A stretch of DNA of 64,000 nucleotides from Chiloscyllium plagiosum (GCF_004010195.1 NC_057713.1:41449081-41513080), one strand, 5' to 3'. Counted from the stretch's first letter, positions 37,077 through 49,911 are shown. A program made the numbers and translations. Notes: generated by a model not told the origin, from the letters alone.

Positions 37077-38615
37077 TCATAGAATAGAATAAAAAATTAA
37101 TAAGGCAGAAGACACATTTGGCCCACTGAGTCTATGCTGACAAAATCACTCTAAATCGATACTAGTCCCATGTTCCAGCTCTTGGCTGCTCATCCAAGTA
37201 ATTTTTAAATGTTGTGAGGTTTCCTGATTCAACAATCCTGCACTAGTGCATTCCAGATTCCTACCACCCTCTGGGTGAGAAGGGTTTTTCTTAATTCCTG
37301 TCAAAACCTCCTGGCTTTCACTTTTAAATTATTCCCCATTGTTGTTGATCCTTCAACTAAGGGAAGACAGCTGCTTTCTATTGATCCTCTCCATATCCCT
37401 CATAATCGTATTCAACTCAATCAGGTCTTCTCTTAGCCTTCTCTGCGTGAAAGAAAACAATCTGAGTTTATCTAGCCTCCCTTCATAGCTAAACTGCTCC
37501 ATCTTTGACAAAATCATGGTGAATCACCTCTGCAGCTCCTCCAATGCAATCACATCCTTCCGATAGTGTAGCGATCAGACTGAATACACTGTTTCAATTG
37601 TGACCTAAGAAACGTCTTGTAGAGCTCCAACATAATCTCCCTGCCCTTAAAATCTGTCTTACGGCCGATAATGGCAAGTGTCCTAAATTCTTCCTAACTA
37701 TCTGATTCACCTGCGCTGCTGCCTTAAGTGATCTATCATAGCATCCAAGATCCCTCTCTGTCTTGCCATTCGTTGAGTATTCCCTTGTCTTGAAACTTCT
37801 TCAAAGTGCTTCACTTCACACTTGTCAGGGTTGAATTCCATTCACCACTTACCTGTCCGGCTGACTCGCCCATTTATTTCCTCTTGTAGCCTTCTTCCTC
37901 ACTATCAATCTCCCAGCAATTCTTGTGTCACCTAAAACTTACCTATCATCTCTCAAACATTTTCTTCTATATCATTTATTTATATCACAAACAATGCAGG
38001 GCTGATATTAACTGAACACTGCTGTTTTCCAGTACCACAAGGAGCCTTCTATCACTGTCCCCTCTCCCCTACCACTAAACAGATTTTGGATCTAACTTGT
38101 AATGTCATCTTGGATCCCATGTGCTTTAACCGTCTTTACCAATATCTCATCTGGGACCTTGTCAAAGGGCCATACAGAAATCCATATAAGCTACATCAAC
38201 TTCACCTACACATCTGGACACCTCCTTGAAAAACCCAGTTAAATTTATTTGGCATGACAGCTCTCTGCCAAATGTGATGCTGGAAAAACACAGCAGGGCA
38301 GGCAGCATCTGAGGAGCAGGAGAATCGACGTTTCAGGCTTATTCCTGAAGAAGGGCTTATGCCCGAAATGTCGATTCTCCTGCTCCTCGGATGCTGCCTG
38401 GCCTGCTGTGTTTTTCCAGCATCACATTTTTCAACTCCAATTTGTCTCCAGCATCTGCAGTCCTCACTTTCTCCTAGCTCTCTGCCAAAGCCATGCTGAC
38501 TATCCCTGATCAAAATCTTGCCTTTCCAAGTGGAGATTAATTCTCTCCTTCAGAATTTTCTCCCATAATTTCTCTACCACTGGTATGAGCGTGGCTGGTC
38601 AACCTCCCTTCTTGA
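37077..38615 (-). mobile_element. CR1 LINE RT to 3' end (same subfamily as 4838-7440)
   Basis: IRDSQHGF and FDKVP motifs; CATAGAATAGAAT tail. Confidence 0.85.
38273..38475. mobile_element. Fold-back PLE pLTR cassette (family A)
   Basis: TSD AGCTCTCTGCCAAA at 38259-38272 and 38476-38489; + core CTGAAGAAGGGCTTATGCCCGAAATGTC. Confidence 0.9.
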
Positions 38616-38769
38616 AAATGGACATCTATATTTGTGGCAGGAAGTACACAGCAAAATGATCTTGTTAAAGCCCCATTCCTTCATATGCAGCACTTACTCC
38701 TTCACAAGTGTTATAATATGCAGTGCCCCCTTGTTCTCTCCAGTCCTTCTATGCTGCTTCCATTGTGAA

Positions 38770-39020
38770 CTATAGACGAGATGTGAGGAAAAATGTCTTC
38801 AACCAGAAGGTGGAGTGAATCTGGGACTCAGATGAAGGTGGTTAAGGCAGAACCTCTCATAGTATTTAAGAGATGTTTAGATGTGCACTTGCAATGCCAA
38901 GATGTACAAGGCAATGGCCAGATGCTGGAAAATAGGATTAGAATAGTTAAGTGGTTATTTTTGACCAATAAGGACATGATGGGCTTTTTTCTGTGCTTTA
39001 GAGCTGTATGACTGTATGAG
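38770..39020 (+). mobile_element. CR1 3' terminal fragment
   Basis: VVKAEPLIVFKRCLDVHL; CTGTATGACTGTATGA tail. Confidence 0.7.
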
Positions 39021-40159
39021 CTGATGTGTAAGACTAAGGGAATGAAGTCAGTCATTGTCATTTAATTCTCGCCCACATCGCATAGCTTTTTCATATTGGT
39101 GTCAGTTAACTAGAATAGCCACATCACGTCAGCCTCACACACTGAGTGTCATTCTCAGATTGTGTACCATTTACACAAAATGGAATTATAGTGAATCATA
39201 AGCTTGTTTTCACTTTTCTATAGTTGAAAATTAACCCTGATGCAAAACATATGTTCTCATATGTTTTACCCTGATGTAAATATATTTTTTAAGTCAGTTG
39301 GATTTCAATTGTGTGGGAAGACATTATAAAGTATTTAAGTAAGGCAAAAACACATTTATTTTGTTGCATGCTTTTCATGTTTCTCAGAAATAAATGTTAT
39401 TACCTTAACAGTAACTCAATTATCAGTGAGGAGGAACAAAACAATCAGTAACACTATGCTTTTGCAAGGCATCTCCACAATTGTTGGTCTCATCAAGTTC
39501 CAAGTATTACAACTATACAGCTGGCAAATAACGCAAGCGTCTGCAACAATTTAAAAATGCATCAATATTTTGCCCTAGTTTGGACTTAATAATCCATTTC
39601 AAGTCTCATGTCTGCAAAAAAGAAAAATCGCTACATACGATAGGTGCATAAAAGGATTGTAACAGCATTCATAATGGAATGAAAGTTAATATCCAGTGAG
39701 CACAGTAACATGGCATCCAAGATCCTTACATGTGAAGGTATTTCAAGTTTTTAAAGCTGACTGATTTGCATTCTTAAAAATGTTCCAGATTATAAATTGC
39801 TAAAGCTTAACCCTGTCCTAAAATACTTTATATCATTAGCACCATGCAAGAATCGGTGTTAACCAGACTCTGGTTACATTTTTGCGTATATAAGTTACTG
39901 ACTACATTTTACCCGTTTCCCCATGCTCAGTTCTCCTGGGAACACATCATATCCTGGGGTCTCTTTCAAGGTTCTGTTCTTTCTAAATTATTTCAGTCGT
40001 GATCTAAGTAATGGCTCAACAGTTTTGTTCTTTTACATATTTGATCCTTCCTTATGGAAATACCAAGGGTCCTTGTCCATTTGCAACATTAATATGAAAA
40101 TGTCACTTCCGTTACAGTGTCCATAATGCATTTACAACATTTAAAAAATAAATACTTTG

Positions 40160-40950
40160 ATAGTACAATGGCTTTAAGAGGTATATTTTGTCCTTTTCTA
40201 TGATGAAGAAAGGCTGAGATGAATGAACCAAGTAATCTGTTCTAAGCCAATGAAATTAACATCTTGTGAGGCCTTTGGGTTTTTTTTTTAACTTGGAGCA
40301 ATAGAAGCAGCCTGAATGGGTCGGGTCAAACTTCCACTAGAACTAGGATTTTTAGTTGTAGCTTTCAGCTGTTGTTGGAATCTTGAAGCTAGACGTGGAA
40401 GCTCTTATTCCTCTCTCTGTTACAGCTATAATTTGGGGTTATCTTCCTGCTGCTAGAATTCTATGTCAGACAATTTATTTTACTAAATTTTCTTTTACCA
40501 AGGGATGTTATTATATTGGACCTGTTAATTGATAGTAGTTAATATTTTGTTATGATGTGGAGGTGCTGGTGTTGTACTGGGGTGGACAAAGTTAAAAATC
40601 ACACAACACCTGGTTATAGTCCACAGGTTTTGGAAGGTTCCACTAGTTACCTGATCAAGAAGCAGTGCTCTGAAAGCTAGTACTTACAAATAAACCTGTT
40701 GGACTATAACCTGGTGTTGCATTATTTTGTTAAGCATTTTGATAGAGTTACAGTTACGCCAATTATTTTCTTTTATTTTGTTTTGTCTGTATTTTAACTG
40801 TAAAGATAAAGTACGTTTTGCTTAAAGTCAAGTAGTTTGACCAATTAAATTGCATCTGGAATGCAATACCTTACACTTAACTTTGTAATAAGAAAGGCTC
40901 TAGGCTATCTTCTAAATATATTTTGAGGGGCTTTTGTCTGATCCATTGTA
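40160..40950 (+). mobile_element. Probable degraded LTR
   Basis: LTR-like composition with an ATAAA signal near 40806; termini decayed. Confidence 0.3.
40553..40722. mobile_element. Fold-back PLE pLTR cassette (family B)
   Basis: Inverted arms; TATTTTGTTA duplicated on both sides; core CTGATCAAGAAGCAGTGCTCTGAAAGCTA decayed. Confidence 0.8.
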
Positions 40951-41454
40951 ATACACTTAGCCTCAAATATTCCGGTACAGTGCCAATTCACCACCATATA
41001 ATTCATAAATGAACTTGAGGAAGAGCACAATTTTTCTTTTCAAGGTTCTTCTTGAGATTTTCTCAAGACTTTGGGGGAATAATTTCATTTTTAGGGCCTC
41101 CTTTGTCATTTTCACAAACTAATTTATTATGTGATGCAATTATATTGTAAGGACAGCTCTGTGATGACTTGGAATATCTTGAATCACTCAGAAACAGAAT
41201 TAGAAAAATTAATCAATATCCTCAATAATAATAATTCTGATATAATATAATATAAACACATGGGTTCAAATTCCACTGGTATAATTCAAATTGAATTAAT
41301 AATTTGGAATATGCATCTAATGTGCATCACGGAATGGCTATTATGAGACCATTGATGCTTGTTGTAAAATCCTGATGAGTTTATGAATATCCTTTAGGAA
41401 AGAAACTCAGCCAAACTTACCTGGTAACTTTATAGATAACCAATATTGTCAATC

Positions 41455-41850
41455 AGGCTTGCAATATTGTGCATTTGAAGCTATGTATGTTAACACACAA
41501 GGTTCTGTTCTTTGCAGACAGAAAGAACAGATACATAACACAACAAAACAGGTGAAGGATACAGTTTGGTTCGTTTATCTACACAATGCTTTGACCAAGC
41601 AGAGTCAATCTGCCTGGATTAATACTTAAGCAAAGTTTGGTAGCTAACTGTCAGTCATCATCTAACTGTTGCAGTTCCCATGATAATGCTTCTACCAATC
41701 AGAATTGACTTGCCAACTAACCATAACTCCCATCTTATAGTATAAACAAATGGGCTGATTTCCTTCACCTTGATGGTTCTTATGAATTGTTCTGTTGAGT
41801 TCAAGGTAAAAAAAACTTTGACAAATTATGTCTTTTTCTGCAATATGTAG
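41455..41850 (+). mobile_element. Old PLE 3' fragment (fourth family)
   Basis: FEAMYVNTQGSVLCRQKE resembles a GIY-YIG C-terminus; decayed CTGTTGAG...AAAACTTTGAC core-like motif near 41790. Confidence 0.45.
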
Positions 41851-42539
41851 AATGTTGCCGTTTGGTTAGAATGTAATAAGTTGTCTGAGCTGTTCTGATA
41901 GAATTTGCCACACCTGTCAAAAAATGAGCAGTGTTTTCAGAGCATGATGTTAGATCTCAATTAGTACGAAGTCACCTCAGTGCTTATATTTAACAGCTTT
42001 GCATGTGCAGAACATTAACAAGAAGTGGAAATCCCCAAGGAACAGCTGCATAACTGAATAAGCATTGAATTAACACAGCATGCCAAAGGTATGTGATGTA
42101 TTAAAGGTCTGATTCACTTATACACTTCACCTGCATGACCATTATCCCTGTTCCAACATTGACAGCTCCCAAGAATACAGCAGCAGTCAACTGAATACTG
42201 ACTGATAATATCCATTTTTAAGAGTTCAGCTAAAGGTTAGGTGTGTGACTGAGCTTTAAAGTAACTGATTTGTGAAGAAAGGATAATAAAATGCACCCAC
42301 CCAGCAAACTGTAACCCTCTTGGCATTAGTGTCACTAAGCTCTTTTATACTACAGGTGTGCAGACAGCAGATAGTGTGCAGTTTACTGTTCCTTGTCTGT
42401 ATTCCACGTGTATAAATACTGCCAATCTTTGATATTCTAATAAATTCACAAATTAAGGGATTATGAGATCTGGTTTGTATAAAGGTATGAAACTGGAGCT
42501 TTACATTTTTACTGCTCAAACAACTAAGTCTCAGAAAAA

Positions 42540-42862
42540 AATAATGATCATGACATCAGAAAAACCCATTTGGTTCCCGAATGCCATTTAGGGAAGGAAA
42601 CTGCTATCCTTATCTGGTCTGGTCTGGTCTACATGTGACTTCAGACCAACAGCAATTATTGACTTTTAATTATCATCTGGATAATTCGGGATGGGCAATA
42701 CATGTTGGCCTAGCCAGCAATGCCTATATCCCTGAGGCGGGAAGTGAACCCGGGTCTCTGGCGCTGTGAGGCAATAGTGCTAACCACTGTGCCACCGTGC
42801 CGCCCACTGGATAATTCGGGATGGGCAATACATGTTGGCCTAGCCAGCAATGCCTATATCCC
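42540..42862 (+). mobile_element. SINE with LINE-B tail, containing an HE1 head fragment (42733-42805, minus) between identical 56-bp repeats
   Basis: 42677-42732 is identical to 42807-42862. Confidence 0.8.
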
Positions 42863-42865
42863 ATA

Positions 42866-44035
42866 ATTTGGAAGTGCTGGTGCTAGACTGGGGTGTACAA
42901 AGTTAAAAATCACACAACACCAGATTATAGTCCAACAGGTTTATTTGGAAGTACTAGCTTTTAGAGTGTTGCGCCTTCATCAGGTGGTTGTGGAGTATAA
43001 GATTGTAAGACACAGAATTTATAACAAAGCTTTACAGTGTGATTTAACTGAAATTATATATTGAAAAAATGTTCCCTCCCAGTCGGAGAACACTTCAGCG
43101 GTCTGGGACATTCGACCTCGCACCTTCGGGTGACCATCCTCCAAGGCTGACTTTGGGACAGGCAACAACGAAAAGTGGCCAAGCAGAGGCTGATAACCAA
43201 GTTCGGTATCCATGGGGATGGCCTCAACCGGGACCTTGAGTTTATGTCACACTACAGGGGACCCCACTGCACTACACACACACATAGACTGACGCACACT
43301 CACAGACAGACAGACACAGACACAGATACACACACACACAGACACTCCTACAAACACATACTCCTACAGCCACATACACAGTCCTACAAGCACATACACA
43401 CTCCTACAGACCCATACACTCACACAGACCCTCTCTCATATGGAAGCTCTCACACACACATACTCCCACACTCACATGCACACACACCCTCTCACAGACT
43501 TATACCCCTTTACACCCACACTCACACACATACACACACTCTCTCACAGACACTTATAACATCCCCCCTCCATATACACACCCACATGCACACACACACA
43601 CACATAGGTTTGTGGGGTGAATTTGTACTTGCAAAATTACACTTTATTTTGCTCAAGAACTGCAAGAATCCATGTAAGATTTTGTAAATCTGTTTTTTAG
43701 ATTAGAATCAGTCTGAATATTGTGGCATTTACAGTCTCACACAGGGCACCTCACACCTTAAATGCATTATCTGGGCCGACATGTGTAATTCTGCAATTTA
43801 CATATGAAAGAACTGAAACCAAAATACCCATTCTAAAAGATGAGAGATTTAACAAACAATCCAGGTGTTTTTTGATATATAATTTCAATTACATCACACT
43901 GTAAACTTTTACTATAACTTCTGTGTTTTAGGATTCTATACTCCACAACCACCTGATGAAGGAGCAGTGCTCTGAAAGATAGTGCTTCCAAATAAACCTG
44001 TTGGACTATAACCTGGTGTTGTATGATTTTTAACC
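42866..44035 (+). mobile_element. Penelope-like element (family B): inverted pLTR (42866-43070), GIY-YIG remnant, (CA)-rich tract, pLTR
   Basis: SLPVGEHFSG.GHS...QQRKVAKQRLITKFGIHGDGLNRDLEFMSHY; ATATCCCAT repeated at both flanks. Confidence 0.9.
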
Positions 44036-44619
44036 TCATATCCCATGAATGAGCAAACAAAATAGAAACTGAAAGGAACAGTTTACATTTAGATGCACAA
44101 TGGCTCAGATTTGTAGATCAACGCAATTGATTGTGCATTTTGCATGCTGTTTACTCCTGATGTGTCTGTGCAGATATAAACCGCAATGTGTAATTAGGAG
44201 CAAAATTACTCTACCTAGAGTGAGCCAAATTTTAGACAAAGTAAAGGTGTGACTGTGCAATTTAGTGCCACTGGAATCTAGGATCATTTGATTCCAACTT
44301 TTAAAAAGTTGGTTTAGTCCCTGAACAGGAGGGAGCCAACCAGGCAACATTGTTGGTGATAATGGCTGGGATGTTATCAGCTGGGGGATGAGGTACTGGG
44401 AAGAATGTTAGCTGGGGAGCCACTTTGGGACAGTCCCTAATGCTGGCAAGATGGTGGAGACAACAGATTAGGTAGTGTTTGGGTTCCTGGCCCATACACT
44501 CCCTTTCAGCTGACCAGCCACATTCTTTTTAAAATTATTTTTATTATTTCTTAATATTACTTTTTATTTCATCTTTTGTATCAAATTTATTTTTCCTTCT
44601 GTCTGTGGCTGAGGTATGG

Positions 44620-44880
44620 CAGTTTTGGATAGCCCCGGGTTCTGAGCAGTTTCAATAGGCCCCTGCCTCCTCACAGTTTCAAGAAACTTGCCCGGTCATC
44701 AACAGTTTCAATAGCCCCTGGCTCTTGGGCAATTTCAAGAAGCTTACCCAGTCATCGAAAGTTTCAATAGGCCCCTGGCTCTAGAGCAGTTTCAAGAAGC
44801 TTGCACGGTCATCGACAGTTTCAACAGGCCCCGGCTCTTGGGCAGTTTCAACAGGCTTGCCCGATCATCAACAGCCGCCG
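44620..44880 (+). repeat. Dimeric minisatellite: ~28-bp monomers alternating A/B, ~56-bp higher-order unit
   Basis: CAGTTTCAA followed alternately by TAGGCCCCTGGCTCTTGGG-like and GAAGCTTGCCCGGTCATCAA-like spacers; about 4 dimers. Confidence 0.9.
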
Positions 44881-45451
44881 CATTCTTGGAGGTTTCTGGA
44901 GGCTCCCCCTGTACTATCTTCAGTAGTTGGACAGGCCCCAGTCTTTGGCAGTGCCAGTTCATGAAACCAGAGGCCGTGGAATGAGCAAAAAATAATATTT
45001 GTTTTAACTTTTTTTTGAAATGTATAATTTATGTAATTAAATGGCTCTATTATCGTGGTGACTTATACACGTTTTACTGTATTTTCACAAATATAATAAC
45101 AACGAATTTCTATCTATATCCTTAGTGTTGGCCATCTCTTGTGGAGATGTTTTTAAAGATGGAAAACAGTCATTTCTTTGGTGGGGGCAACATTGTCGAC
45201 GGCTGATTTACCTTCCTTAATTAGCCACGACTCCTGACCACCATTCATTAACTAGAGAGTAACAACAACATTCCTTTGTAAGCCTCTGGTTGCACAGAGA
45301 TGCCATCCACTTTACAGTATCAGGATTTTGATGTTGCTGACAACATTTTACCCATTGATTTTATCTTTTCTGTGTCTTGAAAAGGATGCCACAGCATTAC
45401 ATATCTCAACTGGTTTGCAATTGTCTCATAATTGGTGCAGCAATTTCTGTT

Positions 45452-45545
45452 GAAACTTTATTGCTGGAACAGCACAGCAGGTCAGGCAGCATCCAGGGAA
45501 CAGGAGATTCGACGTTTCGGGCACAGGCCCTTCTTCAGGAATCCA
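45452..45545 (-). mobile_element. Single-arm PLE pLTR (family A variant, ~94 bp)
   Basis: TSD CAGCAATTTCTGTT at 45438-45451 and 45546-45559. Confidence 0.88.
45505..45544 (-). ncRNA. Best-preserved hammerhead ribozyme motif (type I topology)
   Basis: GGATTC-CTGAAGA-A-GGGC-CTGT-GCCC-GAAA-CGTC-GAATCT: stem I GGATTC/GAATCT, 4-bp stem II, palindromic ACGT, GUC site. Confidence 0.8.
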
Positions 45546-46379
45546 CAGCAATTTCTGTTCCTAGTTATACAACGTTGTTTGTATCTACAGAGACCACACA
45601 TCCCCTAAAACTCACCACCTCACCAGGAATAATAGGCATGTGAGTATGTGTCACACAGTTAATTATGTTGTCCTGTTGGGGATTACATGAGTATGACTCA
45701 TCATACATGCTAAATCTCAGTTAATTCAATTTCTCAATTTGTTCAGTTTCTCTACAAGGATAACACATATAATCTTATAACCAATGTGAAGAGGAGTCAT
45801 GCAGGACTCAAAACACTAGCTCTGTTTCTCTTTCTAGATATGCTGCCAGAGCTACTGAGTTTCTACAGCGCTCTCTGTTTTCATTTAATCTGTCCAGCAT
45901 CCACAGTACTTTGCTTTTATTTTACAGGATGAATTGTGTTTTTGCGCACGATATATTGAAGAGTGGAAAGAAAGATGGGACTGCTGAAGGCTGCTAGGTT
46001 GCAAATGTGTGTGTAAAGAAATCCTGTGGAGACTGCATTTGGAGATGAGGGAAAATTGTTAGTAGGATCTCAGAAGAAGTATCATTATATTGATTTGTAC
46101 AGTGTAACTATCATCAACCCTTGGTGCCATTGCAAATGGTTGATATAAGTTATTTTTTTGACATAAAGTGATTATATAACACAAAATAGCTCAAAGTATA
46201 ACAAGAGCAAAGATGGAAGTCTACTTTTTTGGAAGGTTGAGAAGTTACTGTCTGTCCAACATCAAAGTATTAATTAGGCTTTATGTTTAAAATGGGATCC
46301 GCCTTCTGTTAAAATAACAGACGGAACTCTCCCAAACAGCTTGTTGAGCTTCACATGATATATGATAGTCAATCAATAA

Positions 46380-46700
46380 GCTTTCAGGGTGTAGTCTTGG
46401 TTGTCATATGGCAAACTGTTTTCACACAGCAAGGTAATCCAAACAATAAGGTAAATGATCAGATAATATTTTATTTTTAGTAATGTTGGTCAAGAGCAAA
46501 CTTGCCTGTTTTCTTTGAAAAATGACCTGGTATATTTTAATTTGCAAAGAGATGAATGAAACCTTAGCTTAACGTCTGATTTGCTGTAAATGCAGCCAGG
46601 AAGTAGCTGATGATTCAACATTAAGTGCTCAAATCTCTGGTTTGAGCCTCGAAATTCCCAAGCCTTTTGATTGAGAGGTGAGCTCTGTCACTGAACATGA
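46380..46700 (-). mobile_element. Ancient DeuSINE (SacSINE1-like) remnant
   Basis: CACACAGCAAG, ATGATCAGATAAT..TTTTTAGT.ATGTTGGT, TTAACGTCT.AT and GTGCTCAA.TCTCTGG blocks in the order I recall for that family. Confidence 0.55.
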
Positions 46701-47197
46701 CACTAATATATATTTATATTAGTAGATAATTACTTTGGGTGATATTGGATGAGGGAGGATAGTTGTTCATTTCTTTAAACCGTGAAGTGGGATTTTCTCA
46801 TAGAGAATCAGACAACATTGCTAAAATCACCTATTTCTACCTCTGAAATATCATGAAAATCTATGTATTCCTGATTAAAATCTTATCCACGCCTTTTGTT
46901 ACCCCTAGACTTGCCTATTTCAACATATTCAAGGATGAAAGTCCTCACACACCTTAAATTTGAAGAAACTGAAATCTCTCTCCAGTATTCTTCATCATAC
47001 CATGCCCCATTTACATGTCATTCTTGTCTTTATTCTAATTTGTTCCCATTAAGCAAGACTTCAATTGTAGTATTTTCATGCTTGTTTACAAGTTCCTTTA
47101 TAACTTTGCCCCTCCCTACCACTGTGTACACCTTTAATTCTGGCCATTTGAGCATCCCTCATTTTAATTGTCTAATGTTGGTGCATATGCCTCAGTC

Positions 47198-48412
47198 ATA
47201 GAGTCATAGAGATGTACAGCATGGAAACAGACCCTTCGGTCCAACCCATCCATGCCAACCAGATATCCCAACCCAATCTAGTCCCACCTGCCTGCACCCG
47301 GCCCATATCCCTCCAAACCCTTCCTATTCATATACCCATCCAGATGCCTTTTAAATGTTGCAATTGTACCAGACTCCACCACTTCCTCTGGTAGCTCATT
47401 CCACACACGTACCACCCTCTGTGTGAAAAAGTTGCCCCGTAAGTCTCTTTTATATCTTTCCCTTCTCACCCTAAACCCATGCCCTCTAGTTCTGGACCCC
47501 CTGACCCCAAGGAAAAGACTTTGCCTATTTACCCTATCCATGCCCCTTATAATTTTGTAAACCTCTATAAGGTCACCCCCCAGCCTCCGATGCTCCAGGG
47601 AAAACAGCCCCAGCCTGGTCAGCTTCTCCCTAGAGCTCAAATGCTCCAACCCTAGCAACATCCTTGTAAATCTTTTCTAAACCCTTTCACGTTTCACAGC
47701 ATCTTTCCGATTGGAAGGAGACCAGAATTGTACACAATATTTCAACAGTGGTCTAACCAATGTCCTCTACAGCCACAACATGACCTCCCAATTCCTGTAC
47801 TCAATACTCTGACCAATAAAGGAAAACATACCAAACACCTTCTTCACTATCCTATCTACCTGCAGCTCCACTTTCAAGGAGCTATGAACCTGCATTCCAA
47901 GGTTCAGCAACACTCCCTAGGACCTTCCCATTAAGTGTATAAGTCCTGCTAAGATTTGCTTTCCCTTGCATTTATCGGAATTAAACTCCATCTGCCACTT
48001 CTCAGCCCATTGGCCCATCTGGTCCAGATCCTGTTGTAATCTGAGGTAACCCTCTTCGCTGTCCACTACCCCTCCAATTTTGGTGTCATCTGCAAACTTA
48101 CTAACAATACCTCTTATGCTCGCATCCAAATCATTTATGTAAATGACAAAAGTAGAGGATCCAGCACCGATCCTTGTGGCACTCCATTGGTCACAAGCTT
48201 CCAGTCTGAAAAACAACCCTTCACTACCACCCTCTGTCTTCTAGTTCTGAATCCAAATGGCTAGTTCTCCCTGTATTTCGTGAGATCTAACCTTGCTAAT
48301 CAGTCTCCCATGGGGAAACTTGTTGAATGCTTTACTGAAGTCCATATAGATCACATCTACCACTCTTCCCTCATCAATCCTCTTTGTTACTTACTCAAAC
48401 AACTCAATCAAG
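47198..48412 (-). mobile_element. CR1/HER1 LINE RT to 3' end, relatively young
   Basis: YINDLD...SKFADDTKIGG, GDLIEVYKIIRG, NFFTQRVVRVWNELP; CATAGAGTCATAGAG tail; inserted in an L2-like remnant. Confidence 0.93.
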
Positions 48413-48799
48413 TCCAGACCCCTAAACTCTGGAATTACCTCCCTAATGATTCCAGCCTCAAAAGAAACCTATTAAAAAAGTTTTTAGCCATCAGTCCTAA
48501 GGAATCTCACATTGCTTTTGCTAAAGGCAGGTAATGTTTCAATTTTTCAGAGAGTTTCTTTCTATGAGGGTAGTAAGATTTCCTACCATACCTTACTAAA
48601 CTCAGCTTATTAAATACTGACTTCACTTCCACATTGTCCTTTATATTTGAATTTATCCATATCTTACCACACACCATTCCTTTGACAACTCACCGCTCAC
48701 CAAATATCTGCAAGAAGACTAGAATCCTTGTGCCCATGCCATCTACAAAAGCCTGTTATGTACCCTGAGAAGCTGCCTTGCACAATCCTTGATATTTGC

Positions 48800-48910
48800 T
48801 TCAGGCAAGATAGACAAGGTGAAATTGGTGCCCAGTTTTGCAGACAGGGACCTACAGCTCCAAGTAAATGGGGTGATGAAAGATGCAGGATGTCCTCTGT
48901 CCCATGACTA
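48800..48910 (+). mobile_element. Possible Harbinger Myb/SANT ORF relic
   Basis: VPSFADRDLQL...DVLCP resembles the PRF.D.DL...DVLFP start of Harbinger Myb-like proteins. Confidence 0.25.
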
Positions 48911-49911
48911 GCAGTTTTCCTCCCAAAAACACTAACCCTGTAAGCCCTCTCTGCTGCCTACTCATTTGTTTCGGACACCTCCCCATCTGAACCAAAAATA
49001 ACTACTGTAGCACCCAATTTTGTCTCCCTTGATGTTCGCCTCTTTGTCATCTCAGGTGGAAAATAGTCCACAATAGAGCAGAAAGAGGTGGGCTGTCCTC
49101 CATTCAGCTTCTCAGTCCCTTTGCATTTAACATCCTGACTCTGATCATCCTGCATGGCTGATTGACCATATCCAAAACCCAGGACTGATATCAGAAACTG
49201 CCCTTGACTTCCCTTCTGAGCGAAAGTACTTCCCTTGACTGGACTTGACAGAGGCCTGCTGACTACCATGATAACCCTCCTTGCTTTGTGTCTGCTTTAA
49301 ATGCACAAAAGCAAATAGAAGTAATAAAAACTCTGATATCTCTGGCTGAGATGGCAAAGCACAAAAAAGATAATGCAAGGCACGGAGGCCATTAGTATCC
49401 AGGTGATCTCAATGTGAGTGAATGAGAGCAAGTGAAGAACACAGAGATGCAACCTGGTGCAGCCCATGAGCTGGGTGCATGTCACTGAGCACACAGTGTC
49501 CTTACTGCAGCATTACAATGGTAGTTGCTGGTGCAGCTCAAGGTGCAGCATGGAACCACTAAGATGAGCAACGAGAGTACTCAGAGGCTGGCAAATGTCA
49601 GATGCCAATGTCCATGGATCTGGGGTGATTGTGGCCAGTCACCATGGCGCAAGTCCCAAGATATTGGTGTCCAGAGCGCAACGTGGAGTTAATTTGGGGC
49701 CAGATGTCAACTGAAGTTGCCAGCTATCAATTCTGACCTGCACACCAAGAATTCTTAATGTCTAGTTTGTCTGGGATGTTTGGTAAGATCGGAAACTGAT
49801 ACTAATGGGATGAGTTGTGCTATTAATAAGGTGCTTAACAAGCAACAATTCCCTTCAATGACAACTCACCAGTGCCTAGTGAGAAACTCAGTTCATTTTT
49901 TGACCAATGAA

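Noticed and set aside
43175-43687. 170-aa His/Thr-rich ORF (also 5407-5656)
   Set aside because: It is read-through from a GIY-YIG remnant into a degenerate (CA)n tract.
44620-44880. CRISPR-like look (GTTTCAA-led repeats at regular spacing)
   Set aside because: The constant part is only 9 bp, the spacers are two alternating repeated types rather than unique, there are no cas genes, and the context is vertebrate.
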